From NCBI GenBank assembly GCA_964057225.1, contig CAXKVF010000074.1, positions 372,001 to 436,000 on the forward strand: a DNA stretch of 64,000 bases. The letters run 5' to 3'. How positions within the stretch are numbered: position 1 is the first letter of the stretch; every line of letters starts with the position of its first letter. The DNA is from Auanema rhodensis (taxonomy: Eukaryota > Animalia > Nematoda). Positions 11,401 through 24,290 of the stretch are shown here, piece by piece. Position numbers and translations under genes: made by a program. The notes under the pieces are model-generated. The model was not told where the DNA came from, made no database searches, and saw nothing but the letters and a program-made list of their open reading frames with translations.

Positions 11401-13904
11401 TTTCAAAATTAGATTCCCCATGTCCATATTAGTCTAAAAACAAATTTTTATTGATATTGGTGCATGGTAACCATGACTTTGAAATTTACGTGAACTTTAA
11501 TTTATGCTAATTAAATGTACACGTGATGTGCACTTGGTATGTAACTCGCTTCACGTGAAAGATAAAGAGATGCGGTTTTCAAAATTAGATTCCCCATGTC
11601 CATATTAGTCTAAAAACAAATTTTTATTGATATTGGTGCATGGTAACCATGACTTTGAAATTTACGTGAACTTTAATTTATGCTAATTAAATGTACACGT
11701 GATGTGCACTTGGTATGTAACTCGCTTCACGTGAAAAATAAAGAGATGCGGTTTTCAAAATTAGATTCCCCATGTCCATATTAGTCTAAAAACAAATTTT
11801 TATTGATATTGGTGCATGGTAACCATGACTTTGAAATTTACGTGAACTTTAATTTATGCTAATTAAATGTACACGTGATGTGCACTTGGTATGTAACTCG
11901 CTTCACGTGAAAAATAAAGAGATGCGGTTTTCAAAATTAGATTCCCCATGTCCATATTAGTCTAAAAACAAATTTTTATTGATATTGGTTCATGGTAACC
12001 ATGACTTTGAAATTTACGTGAACTTTAATTTATGCTAATTAAATGTACACGTGATGTGCACTTGGTATGTAACTCGCTTCACGTGAAAGATAAAGAGATG
12101 CGGTTTTCAAAATTAGATTCCCCATGTCCATATTAGTCTAAAAACAAATTTTTATTGATATTGGTTCATGGTAACCATGACTTTGAAATTTACGTGAACT
12201 TTAATTTATGCTAATTAAATGTACACGTGATGTGCACTTGGTATGTAACTCGCTTCACGTGAAAGATAAAGAGATGCGGTTTTCAAAATTAGATTCCCCA
12301 TGTCCATATTAGTCTAAAAACAAATTTTTATTGATATTGGTTCATGGTAACCATGACTTTGAATTTTACGTTAACTTTAATTTATGCTAATTAAATGTAC
12401 ACGTGATGTGCACTTGGTATGTAACTCGCTTCACGTGAAAGATAAAGTGATGCGGTTTTCAAAATTAGATTCCCCATGTCCATATTAGTCTAAAAACAAA
12501 TTTTTATTGATATTGGTGCATGGTAACCATGACTTTGAAATTTACGTGAACTTTAATTTATGCTAATTAAATGTACACGTGATGTGCACTTGGTATGTAA
12601 CTCGCTTCACGTAAAAGATAAAGAGATGCGGTTTTCAAAATTAGATTCCCCATGTCCATATTAGTCTCAAAACAAATTTTTATTGATATTGGTTCATGGT
12701 AACCATGACTTTGAAATTTACGTGAACTTTAATTTATGCTAATTAAATGTACACGTGATGTGCACTTGGTATGTAACTCGCTTCACGTGAAAGATAAAGT
12801 GATGCGGTTTTCAAAATTAGATTCCCCATGTCCATATTAGTCTAAAAACAAATTTTTATTGATATTGGTTCATGGTAACCATGACTTTGAAATTTAGGTG
12901 AACTTTAATTTATGCTAATTAAATGTACACGTGATGTGCACTTGGTATGTAACTCGCTTCACGTGAAAGATAAAGAGATGCGGTTTTCAAAATTAGATTC
13001 CCCATGTCCATATTAGTCTAAAAACAAATTTTTATTGATATTGGTGCATGGTAACCATGACTTTGAAATTTACGTGAACTTTAATTTATGCTAATTAAAT
13101 GTACACGTGATGTGCACTTGGTATGTAACTCGCTTCACGTGAAAGATAAAGAGATGCGGTTTTCAAAATTAGATTCCCCATGTCCATATTAGTCTAAAAA
13201 CAAATTTTTATTGATATTGGTGCATGGTAACCATGACTTTGAAATTTACGTGAACTTTAATTTATGCTAATTAAATGTACACGTGATGTGCACTTGGTAT
13301 GTAACTCGCTTCACGTGAAAAATAAAGAGATGCGGTTTTCAAAATTAGATTCCCCATGTCCATATTAGTTTAAAAACAAATTTTTATTGATATTGGTGCA
13401 TGGTAACCATGACTTTGAAATTTACGTGAACTTTAATTTATGCTAATTAAATGTACACGTGATGTGCACTTGGTATGTAACTCGCTTCACGTGAAAAATA
13501 AAGAGATGCGGTTTTCAAAATTAGATTCCCCATGTCCATATTAGTCTAAAAACAAATTTTTATTGATATTGGTTCATGGTAACCATGACTTTGAAATTTA
13601 CGTGAACTTTAATTTATGCTAATTAAATGTACACGTGATGTGCACTTGGTATGTAACTCGCTTCACGTGAAAGATAAAGAGATGCGGTTTTCAAAATTAG
13701 ATTCCCCATGTCCATATTAGTCTAAAAACAAATTTTTATTGATATTGGTTCATGGTAACCATGACTTTGAAATTTACGTGAACTTTAATTTATGCTAATT
13801 AAATGTACACGTGATGTGCACTTGGTATGTAACTCGCTTCACGTGAAAGATAAAGAGATGCGGTTTTCAAAATTAGATTCCCCATGTCCATATTAGTCTA
13901 AAAA
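8449..13904. repeat. Local 9-monomer (1584-bp) higher-order repeat: three copies plus a 4-monomer interruption
   Basis: Ordered marker set A44T+G52T, G117A, C49G, G121A x2 starts at m49 (8449), m62 (10737) and m71 (12321). C49G is at 9025, 11313, 12897; G117A at 8741, 11029, 12613. Confidence 0.85.
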
Positions 13905-16545
13905 CAAATTTTTATTGATATTGGTTCATGGTAACCATGACTTTGAAATTTACGTGAACTTTAATTTATGCTAATTAAATGTACACGTGATGTGCACTTG
14001 GTATGTAACTCGCTTCACGTGAAAGATGAAGTGATGCGGTTTTCAAAATTAGATTCCCCATGTCCATATTAGTCTAAAAACAAATTTTTATTGATATTGG
14101 TTCGTGGTAACCATGACTTTGAAATTTACGTGAACTTTAATTTATGCTAATTAAATGTACACGTGATGTGCACTTGGTATGTAACTCGCTTCACGTGAAA
14201 AATAAAGAGATGCGGTTTTCAAAATTAGATTCCCCATGTCCATATTAGTCTAAAAACAAATTTTTATTGATATTGGTTCATGGTAACCATGACTTTGAAA
14301 TTTACGTGAACTTTAATTTATGCTAATTAAATGTACACGTGATGTGCACTTGGTATGTAACTCGCTTCACGTGAAAGATAAAGAGATGCGGTTTTCAAAA
14401 TTAGATTCCCCATGTCCATATTAGTCTAAAAACAAATTTTTATTGATATTGGTTCATGGTAACCATGACTTTGAAATTTACGTGAACTTTAATTTATGCT
14501 AATTAAATGTACACGTGATGTGCACTTGGTATGTAACTCGCTTCACGTGAAAGATAAAGAGATGCGGTTTTCAAAATTAGATTCCTCATGTCCATATTAG
14601 TCTAAAAACAAATTTTTATTGATATTGGTTCATGGTAACCATGACTTTGAAATTTACGTGAACTTTAATTTATGCTAATTAAATGTACACGTGATGTGCA
14701 CTTGGTATGTAACTCGCTTCACGTGAAAGATAAAGAGATGCGGTTTTCAAAATTAGATTCCCCATGTCCATATTAGTCTAAAAACAAACTTTTATTGATA
14801 TTGGTGCATGGTAACCATGACTTTGAAATTTACGTGAACTTTAATTTATGCTAATTAAATGTACACGTGATGTGCACTTGGTATGTAACTCGCTTCACGT
14901 GAAAGATAAAGAGATGCGGTTTTCAAAATTAGATTCGCCATGTCCATATTAGTCTAAAAACAAATTTTTATTGATATTGGTTCTTGGTAACCATGACTTT
15001 GAAATTTACGTGAACTTTAATTTATGCTAATTAAATGTACACGTGATGTGCACTTGGTATGTAACTCGCTTCACGTGAAAGATAAAGAGATGCGGTTTTC
15101 AAAATTAGATTCCCCATGTCCATATTAGTCTAAAAACAAATTTTTATTGATATTGGTTCATGGTAACCATGACTTTGAAATTTACGTGAACTTTAATTTA
15201 TGCTAATTAAATGTACACGTGATGTGCACTTGGTATGTAACTCGCTTCACGTGAAAGATGAAGTGATGCGGTTTTCAAAATTAGATTCCCCATGTCCATA
15301 TTAGTCTAAAAACAAATTTTTATTGATATTGGTTCGTGGTAACCATGACTTTGAAATTTACGTGAACTTTAATTTATGCTAATTAAATGTACACGTGATG
15401 TGCACTTGGTATGTAACTCGCTTCACGTGAAAGATAAAGAGATGCGGTTTTCAAAATTAGATTCCCCATGTCCATATTAGTCTAAAAACAAATTTTTATT
15501 GATATTGGTGCATGGTAACCATGACTTTGAAATTTACGTGAACTTTAATTTATGCTAATTAAATGTACACGTGATGTGCACTTGGTATGTAACTCGCTTC
15601 ACGTGAAAAATAAAGAGATGCGGTTTTCAAAATTAGATTCCCCATGTCCATATTAGTCTAAAAACAAATTTTTATTGATATTGGTTCATGGTAACCATGA
15701 CTTTGAAATTTACGTGAACTTTAATTTATGCTAATTAAATGTACACGTGATGTGCACTTGGTATGTAACTCGCTTCACGTGAAAGATAAAGAGATGCGGT
15801 TTTCAAAATTAGATTCCCCATGTCCATATTAGTCTAAAAACAAATTTTTATTGATATTGGTTCATGGTAACCATGACTTTGAAATTTACGTGAACTTTAA
15901 TTTATGCTAATTAAATGTACACGTGATGTGCACTTGGTATGTAACTCGCTTCACGTGAAAGATAAAGAGATGCGGTTTTCAAAATTAGATTCCTCATGTC
16001 CATATTAGTCTAAAAACAAATTTTTATTGATATTGGTTCATGGTAACCATGACTTTGAAATTTACGTGAACTTTAATTTATGCTAATTAAATGTACACGT
16101 GATGTGCACTTGGTATGTAACTCGCTTCACGTGAAAGATAAAGAGATGCGGTTTTCAAAATTAGATTCCCCATGTCCATATTAGTCTAAAAACAAACTTT
16201 TATTGATATTGGTGCATGGTAACCATGACTTTGAAATTTACGTGAACTTTAATTTATGCTAATTAAATGTACACGTGATGTGCACTTGGTATGTAACTCG
16301 CTTCACGTGAAAGATAAAGAGATGCGGTTTTCAAAATTAGATTCCCCATGTCCATATTAGTCTAAAAACAAATTTTTATTGATATTGGTTCTTGGTAACC
16401 ATGACTTTGAAATTTACGTGAACTTTAATTTATGCTAATTAAATGTACACGTGATGTGCACTTGGTAATGTAACTCGCTTCACGTGAAAGATAAAGAGAT
16501 GCGGTTTTCAAAATTAGATTCCCCATGTCCATATTAGTCTAAAAA
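13905..16545. repeat. 7-monomer block duplicated as an 8-monomer block
   Basis: A124G+A128T at 14028/15260 and A24G at 14104/15336 (offset 7 monomers). C154T at 14586/15994, T5C at 14789/16197 and A24T at 14984/16392 (offset 8 monomers). Confidence 0.85.
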
Positions 16546-19500
16546 CAAATTTTTATTGATATTGGTGCATGGTAACCATGACTTTGAAATTTACGTGAAC
16601 TTTAATTTATGCTAATTAAATGTACACGTGATGTGCACTTGGTATGTAACTCGCTTCACGTGAAAGATAAAGAGATGCGGTTTTCAAAATTAGATTCCCC
16701 ATGTCCATATTAGTCTAAAAACAAATTTTTATTGATATTGGTGCATGGTAACCATGACTTTGAAATTTACGTGAACTTTAATTTATGCTAATTAAATGTA
16801 CACGTGAAGTGCACTTGGTATGTAACTCGCTTCACGTGAAAGATAAAGAGATGCGGTTTTCAAAATTAGATTGCCCATGTCCATATTAGTCTAAAAACAA
16901 ATTTTAATTGATATTGGTTCATGGTAACCATGACTTTGAAATTTACGTGAACTTTAATTTATGCTAATTAAATGTACACGTGAAGTGCACTTGGTATGTA
17001 ACTCGCTTCACGTGAAAGATAAAGAGATGCGGTTTTCAAAATTAGATTGCCCATGTCCATATTAGTCTAAAAACAAATTTTAATTGATATTGGTTCATGG
17101 TAACCATGACTTTGAAATTTACGTGAACTTTAATTTATGCTAATTAAATGTACACGTGATGTGCTCTTGGTATGTAACTCGCTTCACGTGAAAGTTAAAG
17201 AGATGCGGTTTTCAAAATTAGATTCCCCATGTCCATATTAGTCTAAAAACAAATTTTTATTGATATTGGTGCATGGTAACCATGACTTTGAAATTTACGT
17301 GAACTTTAATTTATGCTAATTAAATGTACACGTGATGTGCACTTGGTATGTAACTCGCTTCACGTGAAAGATAAAGAGATGCGGTTTTCAAAATTAGATT
17401 CCCCATGTCCATATTAGTCTAAAAACAAATTTTTATTGATATTGGTGCATGGTAACCATGACTTTGAAATTTACGTGAACTTTAATTTATGCTAATTAAA
17501 TGTACACGTGAAGTGCACTTGGTATGTAACTCGCTTCACGTGAAAGATAAAGAGATGCGGTTTTCAAAATTAGATTGCCCATGTCCATATTAGTCTAAAA
17601 ACAAATTTTAATTGATATTGGTTCATGGTAACCATGACTTTGAAATTTACGTGAACTTTAATTTATGCTAATTAAATGTACACGTGATGTGCTCTTGGTA
17701 TGTAACTCGCTTCACGTGAAAGTTAAAGAGATGCGGTTTTCAAAATTAGATTGCCCATGTCCATATTAGTCTAAAAACAAATTTTAATTGATATTGGTTC
17801 ATGGTAACCATGACTTTGAAATTTACGTGAACTTTAATTTATGCTAATTAAATGTACACGTGATGTGCACTTGGTATGTAACTCGCTTCACGTGAAAGAT
17901 AAAGAGATGCGGTTTTCAAAATTAGATTCCCCATGTCCATATTAGTCTAAAAACAAATTTTTATTGATATTGGTGCATGGTAACCATGACTTTGAAATTT
18001 ACGTGAACTTTAATTTATGCTAATTAAATGTACACGTGATGTGCACTTGGTATGTAACTCGCTTCACGTGAAAGTTAAAGAGATGCGGTTTTCAAAATTA
18101 GATTACCCATGTCCATATTAGTCTAAAAACAAACTTTAATTGATATTGGTTCATGGTAACCATGACTTTGAAATTTACGTGAACTTTAATTTATGCTAAT
18201 TAAATGTACACGTGATGTGCACTTGGTATGTAACTCGCTTCACGTGAAAGATAAAGAGATGCGGTTTTCAAAATTAGATTCCCCATGTCCATATTAGTCT
18301 AAAAACAAATTTTTATTGATATTGGTGCATGGTAACCATGACTTTGAAATTTACGTGAACTTTAATTTATGCTAATTAAATGTACACGTGATGTGCACTT
18401 GGTATGTAACTCGCTTCACGTGAAAGATAAAGAGATGCGGTTTTCAAAATTAGATTGCCCATGTCCATATTAGTCTAAAAACAAATTGTTATTGATATTG
18501 GTTCATGGTAACCATGACTTTGAATTTTACGTGAACTTTAATTTATGCTAATTAAATGTACACGTGATGTGCACTTGGTATGTAACTCGCTTCACGTGAA
18601 AGATAAAGAGATGCGGTTTTCAAAATTAGATTCCCCATGTCCATATTAGTCTAAAAACAAATTTTTATTGATATTGGTTCATGGTAACCATGACTTTGAA
18701 ATTTACGTGAACTTTAATTTATGCTAATTAAATGTACACGTGATGTGCACTTGGTATGTAACTCGCTTCACGTGAAAGATAAAGAGATGCGGTTTTCAAA
18801 ATTAGATTCCCCATGTCCATATTAGTCTAAAAACAAATTTTTATTGATATTGGTTCATGGTAACCATGACTTTGAAATTTACGTGAACTTTAATTTATGC
18901 TAATTAAATGTACACGTGATGTGCACTTGGTATGTAACTCGCTTCACGTGAAAGATAAAGAGATGCGGTTTTCAAAATTAGATTCCCCATGTCCATATTA
19001 GTCTAAAAACAAATTTTTATTGATATTGGTGCATGGTAACCATGACTTTGAAATTTACGTGAACTTTAATTTATGCTAATTAAATGTACACGTGATGTGC
19101 TCTTGGTATGTAACTCGCTTCACGTGAAAGATAAAGAGATGCGGTTTTCAAAATTAGATTACCCATGTCCATATTAGTCTAAAAACAAATTTTTATTGAT
19201 ATTGGTGCATGGTAACCATGACTTTGAATTTTACGTGAACTTTAATTTATGCTAATTAAATGTACACGTGATGTGCACTTGGTATGTAACTCGCTTCACG
19301 TGAAAGATAAAGAGATGCGGTTTTCAAAATTAGATTCCCCATGTCCATATTAGTCTAAAAACAAATTTTTATTGATATTGGTTCATGGTAACCATGACTT
19401 TGAAATTTACGTGAACTTTAATTTATGCTAATTAAATGTACACGTGATGTGCACTTGGTATGTAACTCGCTTCACGTGAAAGATAAAGAGATGCGGTTTT

Positions 19501-22500
19501 CAAAATTAGATTCCCCATGTCCATATTAGTCTAAAAACAAATTTTTATTGATATTGGTGCATGGTAACCATGACTTTGAAATTTACGTGAACTTTAATTT
19601 ATGCTAATTAAATGTACACGTGATGTGCTCTTGGTATGTAACTCGCTTCACGTGAAAGATAAAGAGATGCGGTTTTCAAAATTAGATTACCCATGTCCAT
19701 ATTAGTCTAAAAACAAACTTTAATTGATATTGGTTCATGGTAACCATGACTTTGAAATTTACGTGAACTTTAATTTATGCTAATTAAATGTACACGTGAT
19801 GTGCACTTGGTATGTAACTCGCTTCACGTGAAAGATAAAGAGATGCGGTTTTCAAAATTAGATTCCCCATGTCCATATTAGTCTAAAAACAAATTTTTAT
19901 TGATATTGGTTCATGGTAACCATGACTTTGAAATTTACGTGAACTTTAATTTATGCTAATTAAATGTACACGTGATGTGCACTTGGTATGTAACTCGCTT
20001 CACGTGAAAGTTAAAGAGATGGGGTTTTCAAAATTAGATTACCCATGTCCATATTAGTCTAAAAACAAATTTTTATTGATATTGGTTCATGGTAACCATG
20101 ACTTTGAAATTTACGTGAACTTTAATTTATGCTAATTAAATGTACACGTGATGTGCACTTGGTATGTAACTCGCTTCACGTGAAAGATAAAGAGATGCGG
20201 TTTTCAAAATTAGATCCCCCATGTCCATATTAGTCTAAATACTAATTTTTATTGATATTGGTGCATGGTAACCATGACTTTGAAATTTACGTGAACTTTA
20301 ATTTATGCTAATTAAATGTACACGTGATGTGCACTTGGTATGTAACTCGCTTCACGTGAAAGATAAAGAGATGCGGTTTTCAAAATTAGATTCCCCATGT
20401 CCATATTAGTCTAAAAACAAATTTTTATTGATATTGGTGCATGGTAACCATGACTTTGAAATTTACGTGAACTTTAATTTATGCTAATTAAATGTACACG
20501 TGATGTGCACTTGGTATGTAACTCGCTTCACGTGAAAGATAAAGAGATGCGGTTTTCAAAATTAGATTCCCCATGTCCATATTGGTCTAAAAACAAATTT
20601 TTATTGATATTGGTGCATGGTAACCATGACTTTGAAATTTACGTGAACTTTAATTTATGCTAATTAAATGTACACGTGATGTGCACTTGGTATGTAACTC
20701 GCTTCACGTGAAAGATAAAGAGATGCGGTTTTCAAAATTAGATTGCCCATGTCCATATTAGTCTAAAAACAAATTTTAATTGATATTGGTTCATGGTAAC
20801 CATGACTTTGAAATTTACGTGAACTTTAATTTATGCTAATTAAATGTACACGTGATGTGCACTTGGTATGTAACTCGCTTCACGTGAAAGATAAAGAGAT
20901 GCGGTTTTCAAAATTAGATTCCCCATGTCCATATTAGTCTAAAAACAAATTTTTATTGATATTGGTTCATGGTAACCATGACTTTGAAATTTACGTGAAC
21001 TTTAATTTATGCTAATTAAATGTACACGTGATGTGCACTTGGTATGTAACTCGCTTCACGTGAAAGATAAAGAGATGCGGTTTTCAAAATTAGATTCCCC
21101 ATGTCCATATTAGTCTAAAAACAAATTTTTATTGATATTGGTGCATGGTAACCATGACTTTGAAATTTACGTGAACTTTAATTTATGCTAATTAAATGTA
21201 CACGTGATGTGCACTTGGTATGTAACTCGCTTCACGTGAAAGATAAAGAGATGCGGTTTTCAAAATTAGATTCCCCATGTCCATATTAGTCTAAAAACAA
21301 ATTTTTATTGATATTGGTGCATGGTAACCATGACTTTGAAATTTACGTGAACTTTAATTTATGCTAATTAAATGTACACGTGATGTGCACTTGGTATGTA
21401 ACTCGCTTCACGTGAAAGATAAAGAGATGCGGTTTTCAAAATTAGATTCCCCATGTCCATATTAGTCTAAAAACAAATTTTTATTGATATTGGTGCATGG
21501 TAACCATGACTTTGAAATTTACGTGAACTTTAATTTATGCTAATTAAATGTACACGTGATGTGCACTTGGTATGTAACTCGCTTCACGTGAAAGATAAAG
21601 AGATGCGGTTTTCAAAATTAGATTGCCCATGTCCATATTAGTCTAAAAACAAATTTTAATTGATATTGGTTCATGGTAACCATGACTTTGAAATTTACGT
21701 GAACTTTAATTTATGCTAATTAAATGTACACGTGATGTGCACTTGGTATGTAACTCGCTTCACGTGAAAGATAAAGAGATGCGGTTTTCAAAATTAGATT
21801 CCCCATGTCCATATTAGTCTAAAAACAAATTTTTATTGATATTGGTTCATGGTAACCATGACTTTGAAATTTACGTGAACTTTAATTTATGCTAATTAAA
21901 TGTACACGTGATGTGCACTTGGTATGTAACTCGCTTCACGTGAAAGATAAAGAGATGCGGTTTTCAAAATTAGATTCCCCATGTCCATATTAGTCTAAAA
22001 ACAAATTTTTATTGATATTGGTGCATGGTAACCATGACTTTGAAATTTACGTGAACTTTAATTTATGCTAATTAAATGTACACGTGATGTGCACTTGGTA
22101 TGTAACTCGCTTCACGTGAAAGATAAAGAGATGCGGTTTTCAAAATTAGATTCCCCATGTCCATATTAGTCTAAAAACAAATTTTTATTGATATTGGTGC
22201 ATGGTAACCATGACTTTGAAATTTACGTGAACTTTAATTTATGCTAATTAAATGTACACGTGATGTGCACTTGGTATGTAACTCGCTTCACGTGAAAGAT
22301 AAAGAGATGCGGTTTTCAAAATTAGATTGCCCATGTCCATATTAGTCTAAAAACAAATTTTAATTGATATTGGTTCATGGTAACCATGACTTTGAAATTT
22401 ACGTGAACTTTAATTTATGCTAATTAAATGTACACGTGATGTGCACTTGGTATGTAACTCGCTTCACGTGAAAGATAAAGAGATGCGGTTTTCAAAATTA

Positions 22501-24290
22501 GATCCCCCATGTCCATATTAGTCTAAAAACAAATTTTTATTGATATTGGTTCATGGTAACCATGACTTTGAAATTTACGTGAACTTTAATTTATGCTAAT
22601 TAAATGTACACGTGATGTGCACTTGGTATGTAACTCGCTTCACGTGAAAGTTAAAGAGATGCGGTTTTTCAAAATTAGATTCCCCATGTCCATATTAGTC
22701 TAAAAACAAATTTTTATTGATATTGGTTCATGGTAACCATGACTTTGAAATTTACGTGAACTTTAATTTATGCTAATTAAATGTACACGTGATGTGCACT
22801 TGGTATGTAACTCGCTTCACGTGAAAGATAAAGAGATGCGGTTTTCAAAATTAGATTCCCCATGTCCATATTAGTCTAAAAACAAATTTTTATTGATATT
22901 GGTTCATGGTAACCATGACTTTGAAATTTACGTGAACTTTAATTTATGCTAATTAAATGTACACGTGATGTGCACTTGGTATGTAACTCGCTTCACGTGA
23001 AAGATAAAGAGATGCGGTTTTCAAAATTAGATTCCCCATGTCCATATTAGTCTAAAAACAAATTTTTATTGATATTGGTGCATGGTAACCATGACTTTGA
23101 AATTTACGTGAACTTTAATTTATGCTAATTAAATGTACACGTGATGTGCTCTTGGTATGTAACTCGCTTCACGTGAAAGATAAAGAGATGCGGTTTTCAA
23201 AATTAGATTACCCATGTCCATATTAGTCTAAAAACAAATTTTTATCGATATTGGTGCATGGTAACCATGACTTTGAAATTTACGTGAACTTTAATTTATG
23301 CTAATTAAATGTACACGTGATGTGCACTTGGTATGTAACTCGCTTCACGTGAAAGATAAAGAGATGCGGTTTTCAAAATTAGATTCCCCATGTCCATATT
23401 AGTCTAAAAACAAATTTTTATTGGTATTGGTTCATGGTAACCATGACTTTGAAATTTACGTGAACTTTAATTTATGCTAATTAAATGTACACGTGATGTG
23501 CACTTGGTATGTAACTCGCTTCACGTGAAAGATAAAGAGATGCGGTTTTCAAAATTAGATTCCCCATGTCCATATTAGTCTAAAAACAAATTTTTATTGA
23601 TATTGGTTCATGGTAACCATGACTTTGAAATTTACGTGAACTTTAATTTATGCTAATTAAATGTACACGTGATGTGCACTTGGTATGTAACTCGCTTCAC
23701 GTGAAAGTTAAAGAGATGCGGTTTTCAAAATTAGATTACCCATGTCCATATTAGTCTAAAAACAAATTTTTATTGATATTGGTTCATGGTAACCATGACT
23801 TTGAAATTTACGTGAACTTTAATTTATGCTAATTAAATGTACACGTGATGTGCACTTGGTATGTAACTCGCTTCACGTGAAAGATAAAGAGATGCGGTTT
23901 TCAAAATTAGATCCCCCATGTCCATATTAGTCTAAATACTAATTTTTATTGATATTGGTGCATGGTAACCATGACTTTGAAATTTACGTGAACTTTAATT
24001 TATGCTAATTAAATGTACACGTGATGTGCACTTGGTATGTAACTCGCTTCACGTGAAAGATAAAGAGATGCGGTTTTCAAAATTAGATCCCCCATGTCCA
24101 TATTAGTCTAAATACTAATTTTTATTGATATTGGTGCATGGTAACCATGACTTTGAAATTTACGTGAACTTTAATTTATGCTAATTAAATGTACACGTGA
24201 TGTGCACTTGGTATGTAACTCGCTTCACGTGAAAGATAAAGAGATGCGGTTTTCAAAATTAGATTCCCCATGTCCATATTAGTCTAAAAA

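Noticed and set aside
20481-20663. 60-aa ORF (MLIKCTRDVH...)
   Set aside because: It arises from a single A167G change (TAG>TGG at 20584) in an ordinary monomer. Other copies stop after 34 codons, the period is not a multiple of 3, and I recognise no protein family.
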